The notes beneath the pieces are model-generated. The model saw only the letters and a program-made list of their open reading frames with translations. It ran no database searches and had not been told where the DNA came from. A stretch of DNA of 64,000 nucleotides, from positions 7,564,001 through 7,628,000 of the forward strand of contig JBHGNT010000017.1 of the NCBI GenBank assembly GCA_043228905.1, read 5' to 3'. Made by a program: the position numbers and the translations under genes. Shown here one piece after another: positions 11,758 to 23,330 of this stretch. Numbering within the stretch: position 1 is the stretch's first letter; each line of letters begins with the position of its first letter. This DNA comes from Azolla caroliniana. Taxonomy: Eukaryota > Plantae > Polypodiophyta.

Positions 11758-14700
11758 TGTTGTTGATCTGCTGATAGTCAACTATTGTACCAGACACACA
11801 CCAGGTCAAATGTCCGACTATGAACATTCTATCAAGATGATTGTGGTAGGAAATTAGATTGTTGGTATTGGTCTATACTCGGAACTTAATATACAAGGAA
11901 CACTACTCTAATTGCTAAGTACTTGATGATGGACTATTCAACTTAATATGGTTAATTAGCAGATGTGGTAACCAGAAGGTCGACACAAACACAGAAGACA
12001 ATATGATATAGCCGACACAATAGATAGCTAACTACTAACTTATATTAAACCAAAATAGAACGATAACATTAAAATGCTCTCGATTCCTTTTTATAGGTGA
12101 TCCGAGAGTCTCTTTTTCAAGATTTACACTTGCCTTGTTCAGCAAGAACTATAACAAAAATGTTTTAACTAATTCAATTTTTTCTAACTACATTGTGGAT
12201 AGCTCCTTTTGCATTTCCGCCAGGCGAGCTTCTGTCGACCATTGGTCGAATATTAGCTTCACTTTTGCCACCAGTAATGCCAGTCTTTTCTCATCATATT
12301 AGGCATCAAGCTCGCTATATTTTTTAACTATGTCATTTTTTTCCATGTAGAGTTGTTCCTTTTGTTGTTTGTTGCCGTATGCATCTCTACCTTTTCATGC
12401 ACGAACTTCGACATCTGGTCGGTAGAATTTTCCTCCAAGTACCGAACATATTGCCTAACCTCTACAACCTTTTCCTGCTCCTGCTGTGTTTCCACCATTT
12501 GGCGTTGGACTTGCTACTTCAACTCCAGGTGTATGGCATTGTCCTTGGCCTCAAGATATGCTCCTATTTTGGTCTTAGCTACCTCCAGACAATCTTCCAT
12601 CTTCATAACTTTAGCTTCAACTTCCTCTACTCGTTGATTAGCCTGTTCGACCTCTTTCTCTGAAGGCCACAATTGAACGTAATTCTGCATGTGTTTGGTG
12701 GGTTCTTTCATTTTTTCCTCTGTTTGTCAGAGACGATCTGATAGTTCGTCATTGTCCTTCTGTAATGTCGAACATTGTGTATGTAGCCCGTCGGCTTCCG
12801 TTGTGGCTCTTTTACATGCCTCCACCATGTCCTTTGCAGCTTTGTTTGCTCTAGCGTACTCCATGTGTACTTCGCCCAATGTCGTATGAAAACGCGACAT
12901 TTAAATAGCCTGACCCTTATTTCTTGCATCTTGTTGTCGGTCGATTCGTTGCAGTTCTTGTTGTTCATCCGGCTCAATTACGCCGAGCATAGTTTTTTGG
13001 ATCATCTCCTAATTCTTGTGTTCCTGGGCTAGCATGTTAAAAGCATGTTGCAATCTCTTGGCAAGAAAATCCACGAGTTTGTAGGATGTTTTGAATTGTA
13101 GTAGTTCCGCGAATTCATGGACCGCCGATGGTATTTCAGGTAGGCCAAGTACTTCATTCGGGGACATAGAGGATGATTTCCCCTTTAGATAGGTTTTGAT
13201 TCATCCTGTTCGACTCTCCCGATAGTTGGTGCTTCATCTTGTAGTGGTCAATCAACCGACTCTTGGTTCTCGACCCTCTATCTCTTGGTCAGTCGATTCT
13301 CTTGTTCTAATTGGGTGTGCCGCTACCTCTTTTCTTTTATTCTTGTCGTCTTCAATTGAGGTTGACTCTCATGTGGCTGTTGTTCAAGTTGGGCTCCCGA
13401 TGTTGGCTCCTGTGGATGAGTCGGGTCCGGATCTTGCTACTTTTCGACTTCAAGTTCAGGGTTTGGAGTCGAGGTCGACTCTGGTATTTGTTGGGTTTCG
13501 AGTTGTGTGTGTTGATTCGGTTCCGGTTCCTGCCACTCTTTGCGTGGAACTATTCTTTGGACCATTAGCGTCGACGTTGGTTGTGAAGCCTCTCCCTTCT
13601 CTTTCCTTGGGTTCTTAAAGTTGATGTCTATGCTAGGTGTCGAGCATAAAACTGTAAACGACCAAGCAAAAATTGGCTTCATCGGCTGCCCGTTCTGCAC
13701 CCCTTGCAACTGCTCCCGGAGTGTGATGCCCACGATGTATGCCTAATCGATTTTTTCCCCTTTGTATGTTGCTATTATGAACCCTGCCCATTCCTTGGGC
13801 ATGCACTAGGAGCGTGAATTGACACATGCAACCTCTAGCAGAAATTTTGCCACTTCTTGAAAAAATTCATCGCCCCCCCCTTGCATCTTGTAAGCTTTCA
13901 CCAATGGTGAATACTCGCCGAAATACGATTGCAAAATGTCGGCTTTCAGGGTATCTATTCCATCATACCCTTCTCTTTTCAAATTCATGAATCGACGCAC
14001 CTGTTTATTTGTGATTTTGCTGATGTCGATCTCCTTGATGATGTCTTCGACGTGAGGGTGAGGCTCGGGACCCGTTACTTGGAGGTACCCTTGTAGGCCT
14101 TTTTTCTCTAGCCATCATCGTAATCGCTCAGACACTTGAATCGACATGATATCCTTTGCTTCTTGAGCGTAACTAACTTTGTTGTTGTCCGTACTTGATG
14201 GCGAAAGCTTGAGTGCTCTACGTGTATTTTGTTGTTGTCTACTACGCTCAGTGTTTGCCTGTGTGAGGATGCTTTGCGCTCTGTTCACCTGTTTGTTTCT
14301 ATGTTTTTCTGCGACAGAGAAAGTAGCCGAGGGAGATTTTGTGAAAAGATGGGTCATTTTTTGAGATAGAACGTTACAAATAGAATTGGCTATTATTAGC
14401 TCTTTAATGACTGCAACTCATAATAAATATCGAATCATAAGATTGTTTGTCCATTTATAGGCTAAATGGGATAGTGCCACGAATTAATGATGACAATATT
14501 ACTTTTTCTGTTATTTATGTTTCTGCTAAGATTTCTTTTTTCTTTTTTTTTAATGATATTTATAATAATGTCCTCATCACCGACTCATTGGGTAGTCGGC
14601 GGATTCTTTCCCGACATTGAACCCATCTGTGTTTGAAAAACCAATACGAGCTTGCTCACTTCGAGCAACTTTTGTTTATTGTGTCGGTGTCAGTTGACGA

Positions 14701-16896
14701 ACGCCTTTGTTCGCCTTTGTTTCTACTCTAACTAACACATCGCTTGCAAGCAACTCTCCTCCAGAAACAATCATTGTTCAATCCGAATACATTCTGACTG
14801 CTCCTGATCGAGTCGTTCAGTTATTTGTACTAGTGTCAGAATTTGAAATTCAATCAGCATAACTGCCTCCAAGCCGAACGCCATCCGGAATGGAGTCGAC
14901 TTCATCATTGTTTTGTAAGTGGTGTTATAAGCCCATAAAGCACTATGTAGCTTCTAATCCCAGTCGGTTCGATTCTCATTGACTATCTTCCTCAGAATCA
15001 TCTACAGTGTCTTATTGGTTAATTCGTCCAACCCATTGGATTGTGGATAGTACGGAGTACTCCTTTTATGCACAAAAACATAATAAGTCGACAATTCATG
15101 AACAATTTCGTTAACAAAATGAGTACCCTGATCACTTACTAACTTGATGGGCAACCGTATCGGCACCACATGTATTCATAAATGATTTTCGTTGTCGATG
15201 TTGTTGTATTATCATGAAGCGCTTTGGCTTCAACCCATTTCGTGCAATAGTCGGTAGCGACTATGATATACCTTTTGCATGTTCTTGATGCCGTAGGTTT
15301 GAATGGTCTGTCAAAGTCAAGACCCCATTTCTAGAACGGCTCTAAAGGCAATACCAATTGATGCAGCATGTGATCCCGTTCTGTCGGTTGACCGGTTCAT
15401 TGGCATAGATCGCTTTGTCTACAGTATTCGACTACCTACTTCGTAGTAGTCGATCACCATAGTCCATTGTTCCAAATTTTTCAGCCTGTCGTTTCACCCG
15501 CATAATGGCCTCTGGCTTTCCCGCAATGAGCTTCACACAAAATTCTCTCCTGTTCGAACTATCGAACGACACGTAGTCATATGCCATCAGCTCCTTTATG
15601 ATACAATGGGTCGTTTAATAACCAGAAATTCCAACTCCGAACTACCAGTCGTTTTTTTGTTCATCTACCGGCATTCCTTCTGGTGGCAATCTAGTACTTA
15701 GAAATATCGACATTTCTGTGATCCACAAATTGGTTGTTTCTTCATCCACTGTGTCGACTTGAAAGAGCTGAGCGTTGGGAAAATCATCCTTCACTCCGGT
15801 ACCAGGCTCTCTCAACTCCAATCGACTAAGATAATCGGCTATTGCATGATGGACTCCTGGACAATAAGTACAATAATGCCGAATGGTCAACATGAAATGT
15901 GAATTTCCAACCCAACAGGTAATGTCGGAATTTGTTGATGCTATAAATCATTCCCAGAGCCTCTCGTTCGGTTGTTGAATAATTGCATTCGGCAATTGTT
16001 AATTTCCGATTCACATAGTATATTTGCCTATACTAGTTCAGCTCCGACAACTACATTAAAAAACTTCCCTTTGCGATATCAGAGGCATCCACAAAGACAT
16101 GAAAATGTTTATCCCAATCGGGTGGTTGTACGACCGGTACCTTTATCAGCATCTTCTTGAGACAGTCATACGCATCTTGTTCGGAGGTTGTCCATTGAAA
16201 AGGTACTTTGTGTACTGCCACATGTAGAGGTGTGGTCACATCAGCTTGATATCGAATCATTCGATTGTGCCATCTTCTTTGACCGAAAAAACTACTCAGG
16301 GCTTTGGCATTCGTCGGCGGTGGAGACTCCATTATAGCTTTTACTTTGTCTATGTTGACTGCAATGCCTTCTTGATTGACGATATGTTTGAGCAATGTAT
16401 CACTCGTTACACTGAAAGCACATTTAGCTAGATTCGGACTAAGTTGACCTTGGCGACACTAGTCTAAGCATAGTCAGAGATGTTCAAAATGGTCGACTTT
16501 CCTGTTATAAACTGCATAAATGTTGGTATATAATATGAAAAAATTTCTTGAATGAATGACCCTTTCAAATGTTGTCGGACATGTTTTCAAGCTGAACATC
16601 ATCACCACTGCTACAAATACACCCATTTGGTGATGAACGTTGTTTTTTCCTAATCATCGGGGTGCATCCGAACTTGGTTATACCCACTAAATCCATCCAA
16701 AAAAACTGTATAGTTCATTGCCTGCTACTGTATTAAGAACTTCATCTATAAATGGTAATAGAAATGCATCCATTACCGTGGCCGCATTTAGTTTTTGGTA
16801 GTCAACACATATCTTGATTTTCCCATTCGTTTTGGGTACTACAACTATTGGGCGTAACCAAGTTGCCTTCTTCACTAGTCAAATGAAACTGACCGT
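11758..16896 (-). mobile_element. Ty3/gypsy element C (non-chromoviral, Athila/Tat-like pol), 5'-truncated: RT-RH-INT, extra ORF, probable 3' LTR (~11758-12156)
   Basis: RT (KKATWLRPIVVVPKTNGKIKICVDYQKLN), RH (FHVFVDASD; NYSTTEREALG) and integrase remnants. Interrupted at 16896 by the 3' LTR of element B. LTR limits uncertain. Confidence 0.8.
12188..14180 (-). pseudogene. Extra post-pol ORF of gypsy element C (disrupted)
   Basis: Fragments ILQSYFGEYSPLVKAYKMQGGGDEFFQEVAKFLLE and SPNEVLGLPEIPSAVHEFAELLQFKTSYKLVDFLA, plus a coiled-coil-like tail, are homologous to 34199-37221. Confidence 0.7.
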
Positions 16897-17423
16897 TGTT
16901 GCCTTCCTTCCCGGAGGCGACACCTTCGATTTCCTAGCCGAAATCGGACCAAGAGTTGTGGTACGTGGTGGTCAGGGCGATACCGGAAAAACAAGATTTC
17001 AAATACGTTACGTAAGGGAGGTCTCTTCCTAGAGAATGTTTCACCACATCAATTGCATATGGGACAACAATCACATAATACCAACACAAGAAATAGACCC
17101 AAAACTATATGTATTACGAGTATGGAATGAATACATTTACACAGCCCACGGCCGGAATTAACAGCAATGTAATAGTATGACCTAGACCCTCAAAATTCTG
17201 TAATCACGGGTTATAGTTCCCTTCTTCCCTTTGCTCTCTCTTTGTCTCGTTCTCCTGCTCTTCTTTTTATCATTTTCCCTTCCTCTTTGCTTCAGCGCGT
17301 TGTGCTTCGTCTCGTTCTTGGCTGCGCATACTGCGGCTGTCTTTGTTCCTTACGGTTGTTCACCTACTTTGACCTACTTCCTATTACGTTTCTTAGAATT
17401 ACAATTTTGGCCCATGGACAACA
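16897..17423 (-). repeat. 3' LTR of gypsy element B
   Basis: On the minus strand it begins TGTTGTCCATGGGCCAAAA and ends ATCGAAGGTG..GGCAACA, matching the termini of the element A LTRs. Confidence 0.8.
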
Positions 17424-18651
17424 CCCAGCACGCTCGTGGGACAGTGTCTTGGCACGTCAAACCCATAAAAATCGAACAATACAATAATCGAAATTCGTAA
17501 AAATGACTATGTTACTTTTATTCCTCATTTAAAATCTCGAGGATGCCCTCGGTGTGGTTCAAATCGGTTGTCTCCTCCTTTTGGGTCGGCTTGTGTTGCG
17601 CTTGGTCTTTCTTGTGCAGCTGAAACGTCTTGCTTGTTTCTGTCTAGCTCATTTCCCGCATTGATCTGGGATTCCGGGGAGGTTGAGGTGTCACGCTCCG
17701 GCTCTTGTTGTCGTGCATCAGATGCTTCTGGTTTGTTAGGGGAGTTGTCTTTTATGGCTCGTTCTGTGTCGAGCATCAACAACATTTTATCGTCGTTGAA
17801 TTCCTCAAGGAGCCTTCCGATGGCTTTGGTATGTACATCGGCCAAGGCATGAAAGTCCTAAGTGTGGTCTTTGCGGATCATTTGGATACTGGTATCACCC
17901 ATTTTGTAAAAGCCTCGGCCCTCTTTTTTTTGGTTTTCAGCATTTGCCTGTAGAACCTATAATTCGGCTGCTTGAGCTGACCATTGCTTCCAACAATCCG
18001 TGATCATTTCCTCGACTTTTCGTTTCAGCTTCTGCCGCTGTTTCATTACTCCTTTTGTCGTATTTGGCCTGTAGTATAGTCGTCGCGTGTTTCACTTCTT
18101 CCACCTTTTGTTTAAGTTGTGTCGTAATGATTTCGCACAATGTGGTGAGGGCAGTTACCCATGCATTTGCCTCTTCCGTGAATTGATCGAACTTTTTAAG
18201 GAGATGATCTATGTTTTCTTTTTGTTCCTTCATAAATTTGCCATGTTGGCGTCTGAGTTCCAATGTTGCATTGATTTGGCTCTCGTGAAGAGTGCCAGCC
18301 AATCTGGAACTTTCCTTTTTGGCGTCTTCGTATTTCTACAAAAGTAAACTGGAGCGTACTTGCATTTCAACAAGCTCTTTGTTTACGGAGGTGATTTGTG
18401 CGGCCGCAATGTCCTGTATGGACTTTATAGATTCAGTTGCTTTCATTTTTGCCTCCTGGACCTGCGTCGTCCGGTCATTGAGCAATTTCGTCAGTTCGGC
18501 TTCTCTTTGTGTGGCTTGTTCCTTACTCTTTGCAACCTCTTTCTAGGCCTGCTCCTAGCGTTCTTTAGCTTTATCCACCATAGCCTTGTGCATGAAGATA
18601 TCTTCTTCGTACTGGCAAATGGTTTCGTGAAAATCTTCCTCGGTTTGTGTG

Positions 18652-19046
18652 TGTTGAGAATCAAGCTCAACTTGGTCTAGTGTGTGAACTCACCTTGAGA
18701 GTGAATAGACACTCCAACGGTCAAGAGTCACCATTAAGTCACCTCTTTGTATTCTAGCATTTAGTATGAGTCATAGAATCATATTCTATGACACATAACT
18801 TATGAGCTTTCACATTCCCCATGCTCCATGAGCCTTGTAGTTAATGAAGAGAGAGGGTGACTATATAAAGCACCCTCCTCCCACCTTGTATTGTGTTGAG
18901 TCTTTCTCCTTTGTTAAAATACCTTACCTTAACTTGCATATTCTCTGTGTATTATTCCTTGTCTCTCTCTCACTCACTCTCTCTCTCATACACACACATA
19001 ACTCACATCTCTTCTACTTCACAAGAATCATATCCGATTCTTTACA
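18652..19046 (+). mobile_element. Solo LTR with 5-bp TSD (GTGTG)
   Basis: TGTTGAGAATCAAGCTC...TTCTTTACA flanked by GTGTG at 18647-18651 and 19047-19051. TATA near 18863. Same termini as 167-598. Confidence 0.9.
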
Positions 19047-19654
19047 GTGTGGATGTTGTTGTTAGAGCGGGAGGCCATGGTGAATTTGCTTGAACGGCAG
19101 TGTCATTCCGTTCGGGCTCACATGGTTGGTCCATTTGTGTCGACATGTCATTGGTTCTAGGTTTGAAAGGTGGCAAGGAGAGCGTGGTAGTCTACTCCTT
19201 TGTACAGAGCTATTGCTCGAGTTCGGAGCGTTATAACTTGGATGCCTACCACAAGTCTGTGGTAGTCTTTGCCTCTTTGCTCACCAATTTGTTTTGTGCA
19301 GCCATGTCTTTTGCAACATGCGTGGGTCTCTCCAATTCACGGTAGACTTCTACTAATGTTGTGTTGAGCTCCGGAAGCTCAATACGTGTTCAACGCTTCT
19401 TCATTACCCGTTTCCGGCCAATCTTCCGTAGTTTCAGTTCGTCATCTGAAGCGGGCTCGTTGTCCAGGGCCCTCTCTATGACCTGTTGTTTGGCATGATC
19501 CTGGGCCATGCCGGCCATGGCAGCTACTTGAAGTCATGCGAAGAAGTCTATGAGACCATACGTTGTGCCATGGTGGAGGATTGCGCCGAGCTCAAATGCC
19601 TCCTCGGGTAATCCCTTAAGCGTTAAGACCTCGTCCTCTGAAAACTGCGAGTGC

Positions 19655-19991
19655 TGGCCTTGTTCAATTTGTCTTTCGAAAGCCAGCGGGCTGGTTTGTT
19701 CGATCGCGACAGATTTCTTCGGTATGACGATCAATTGTTTGTCAGCAGCCGTGATTTCATGCTTTGTTTGTTTTGGGCTACTTAGGTCGGTTCGGCGAAG
19801 CTTTGCGACCATATCTACCGTTGGCCTTGTTCAATTTGTCTTTCGAAAGCCAGCGGGCTGGTTTGTTCGATCGCGACAGATTTCTTCGGTATGACGATCA
19901 ATTGTTTGTCAGCAGCCGTGATTTCATGCTTTGTTTGTTTTGGGCTACTTAGGTCGGTTCGGCGAAGCTTTGCGACCATATCTACCGTTGG
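19655..19991. repeat. 167-bp tandem duplication, apparently perfect
   Basis: Units start at 19655 and 19822 with TGG microhomology at the junctions. Also visible as the repeated peptide in ORFs 19534-19812 and 19815-20033. Confidence 0.95.
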
Positions 19992-21983
19992 GGATGTTTG
20001 TTCATCGCAATCCCATTTTTGTTGGGTTCCCATTAAGCGTGGGACCTCTGGAACAGGTTGTGGCAGTTCTGTCTGTTTGGCCGGTTTTGGGTTTGGTGTC
20101 GGGTGGGGCGAAGTTATTTTTAGTACCGCCTTATCACGGCCGCGTATAGTGATGTTGTCCCCTTCTTCGGTGTTTTTCTCGGCTGGGGTTGTGGTGAGGG
20201 CCTAGGTATCATCATCCTGCCACTCTTCATGCGACAATTGCATCGTGCAGTGTCGTTTGGCCTTAGGAGGTGGAGCAGGAAGTGCCAATGTTCGGCGTGG
20301 CATTTGTGCCTAGGGAGGGTAAAGCACGGTAGTGTACTGTGCTAGTACTGGTAAAAATCGTTTTCCCAATTGAAAGGAGATTGTGGTCGTGCGGATTCCT
20401 TCACCTGTTATAATATCCCAATCGATGGCTCCACCGCAATAAGTTGTGATGATCAATCATGCCTTCTTCTTTGGCATGCTATAGGGGTTGGCATGGACGA
20501 AGGCGTATTAGAGGAGAAAGTGGGTTAGGTTTCCAAAGAACTCGTTGGGACCCCCATGATTGCGATGGGCCTTCGCCAAGAGCGAATACTCTCCAAAGTA
20601 TTGCTCCAAAATATTTTGGGGCAGTGTGTTGATGTCCTTCTCGCCCCCTCTTTGCAGTTGCAGTGCTACACGAATCATATTGTTGCTGATGGTGTTTGGG
20701 TGGATTTTCTTGGCCATGGCCTAGGCTTCCGGATGAGGAGGTGCTTCGAGGACATTGAGATAACCCGTTAAGTTGTGTCTGGTTATCTAGGTGTGGAGCT
20801 CCTTAGATACTTTGATCGGTATGTTGTGATCGGAAAACTCAGAAGGCTGTGGAGATGAAGAGGGAGAGGGAGATAGGTTACAGAGAGTAAAAGAGTGATA
20901 GCAGATTCGAGCAGAACGATTGTGGTTGCTATGGCTGTTGTTGCGTCTTTTATGTGAATGCCTCGGTTCTCAAGACGTGCCCTTGTGCCCTAGATTAAGA
21001 ATCTTCCCGGTCATACTAATAGTTAAGGGCCACGCGTCGTGTGAACCATCTATACTTTCTTTTCTTGAAGGTCATTCCTCGTCCTTAAATAGTGAGTGGG
21101 TCTCTCTTTTTTTTCTCTTTTTTTAATACTAATAAGGTACACGTGGGAAGGTAGTTAGGTCCATTACCGTGATTGAGGCGTGATGCCCTTGACATCTTCT
21201 GGTCCACCTACCAGAGATTGGTTGTGGTCTTGCCGTTGTGTGTCGAAGGGGCTAGGTGGTGTCGGTTCACGGTATGGTTTCAATCGAAATCCATTGACCC
21301 ATCAGAAAAGTGGTTCGCTGGCAAGTGTGCCGAGTTGAAATGTGCCATTGTATGTGTCGATAATCCAGAACGGGCTTGTCCATCAGAATCGAAGCTTGTC
21401 AGGCATAGCCCTGAGTTTTGTTTGGAAAACTAAAACAAGTTGTCCAATTTTGAAAGCTTTGTCCGGAATCCGGCGATGTCTATCGAAGAAAGCTTTTCGT
21501 TGTCTTTGGCCGTGTTCTAATTGGGCCAGGTTGGTAATGCGTTCTTCGTTGAGTTCAAGCAATTGGACCAGACGTTGTTGTTCGGACTCTGATTCTGGTA
21601 AACGTTCAGCTATTTGTAATCGCAAGCTGGGTATTTGGCATTATGGCCTCCAATCCAAAAGCCAAACGAAAGGGTGTGGACTCAATACTAGTTTTGAGCA
21701 TCGTGCGATGGGGCCACAGGGCATTGTGTAATTTTTCATCCCAATCCGTACGATGTTCATTTACGATTTTCTTCAAAATCGTCTGGATGGTTTTGTTTGT
21801 TGACTCGGCAAGACCATTGGCTTGGGGGTAGTACGGGGTGCTTCTCTTGTGTACCACAACGTAATGTGAGGTTAATTCGCATATGATTTGATTGACGAAG
21901 TGGCCTCCCTAATCACTGACCAGTTCAAGTGGGCACCTGAAACAGCACCATAAATTTTCGTAGATGAATTTTGCGATGGATGT

Positions 21984-23330
21984 TGTCGTGAAAATCCGTC
22001 ACTATGTGCGGATCGTGAGGCGGAACCGCCGGGGTTATGGACGGGAAGGAAATAGGGCTTACATGCACAACACAAGGAAGGCTTACACAAACAAGGCACG
22101 AGTATTCAAACGTGTTTGTGAAAAGGAGAGGTGCATGGGCAAGCCCGAATCAACCCCTAGTTATAAGGCGAACGAAGGCTCGTGAGGAAGGCTTACACAC
22201 GGACACACAAGGAAAAGGCTTGCTTACACACACGAGAGACAGAGTTTCAAATGCCTTTGTGAAAAGAGAGGTGCATGGGCAAAAGCCCGAACGCTCCCTT
22301 GTTACAAAACACGCGAACACACAAGCAAGGTTTATACATGGGAGACACAATTTCGAACGCCTTTGTGAAAGGAGAGGTGCATGGGCAAGCCCGAAACACT
22401 CCCTTGTCACAAGACACACAAGCAAATAAGCACAAACAATGATAACATATAAGACATGTAGGTTTGAATGCCTTTGTGAAAGGAGAGGTGCATGGGCAAG
22501 CCTGAAACGCTCCCTTGTCACAAGACACACAAACAAATAAGCACAAATGACGATAACAAATAAGCACAATCAAGATTTAAACATAAGACAAGTAGATGAA
22601 AGAAAACATTAGTTTATATCAATATAATAGATTCTTTTATAATATAAGAATCATGTCACAATGGGTCGGATGCGAATATGAAGGATTGTTTATAAATAAA
22701 TGGGGGAAGAGAGGTGGAGGAAAGAAGAGAGTGGAGTATAGAAGGAGTTTCTTTGTTGACGATGCCTCTCGATGTTGTTGATCCTTCTTCTTCCGCTTTC
22801 CAATTGAGTAGAGCTTCCGCGTTCCTTCTCCCTCCCCCCCTTCTTCACTAGAATAGGCTCTTATTTATAGGTTTAGGATTGCTTGCCTTTTTCCCCTAAA
22901 AAAAGCTTGTCTATATGAGTCCACTTTTCTTTTCGTCACTATTTTTGTTTTCTAGCCCCAAACTTCACAAGCAAGATATTCTTGGAAAGATCTTTGGGTT
23001 AGCTTTCTTATGCATCTTTTCTTTTCTAATTTGGACATCTGACGAGGAAATTATGAGCTTTTTTCTCTACTATGCTCCTCATATCCACGCGTGCTTTTTT
23101 TTCTCTCTCCATCTTTTTGTCTACTTTTGAAAACTGCCTCTAACTTAATATTCATCATTATTTATTGTAAGGTTCAATCCTTTGACCATTTATTTATAAG
23201 GAATTATCTTTGGAAAATGAAAAAGTATTTATTTACCAATAAAGTTGACTTCACAATACTAGTTGATTTGAACTACTATTTTACTTCTTTTGAGGGTGGT
23301 TTCATACTATGTGTTAGAAACATCACGACA
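21984..23330 (-). mobile_element. 1.35-kb solo LTR inserted in the integrase of element B
   Basis: Inverted termini TGTCGTGA...TCACGACA. Removing it and one 4-bp TSD (ACGC; left copy reads ATGT) restores DNTAASIAKFIYE. Minus-strand TATA near 22865. Confidence 0.8.
22100..22570. repeat. Four degenerate 107-140-bp tandem units inside the solo LTR
   Basis: Core TTTGTGAAA(A/G)GAGAGGTGCATGGGCAA recurs near 22115, 22256, 22362 and 22473. Confidence 0.85.

Larger units (their letters stand above)
17525..20830 (-). pseudogene. Extra post-pol ORF of gypsy element B (disrupted)
   Basis: MAKKIHPNTISNNMIRVALQLQRGG..LEQYFGEYS, FSEDEVLTLKGLPEEAFELGAILHHGTTYGLIDFFA and HTKAIGRLLEEFNDD all match the element A extra ORF. 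Confidence 0.8.

Noticed and set aside
12156-12200. tRNA-mimic or PPT before the 3' LTR of element C
   Set aside because: Neither is visible (AT-rich sequence) and the LTR boundary is uncertain, so it neither supports nor cleanly refutes the motif in A and B.
22100-22570. Regularly spaced conserved cores resembling a CRISPR array
   Set aside because: The intervening sequences are homologous to each other, the array is inside a solo LTR, the context is eukaryotic and there are no cas genes.
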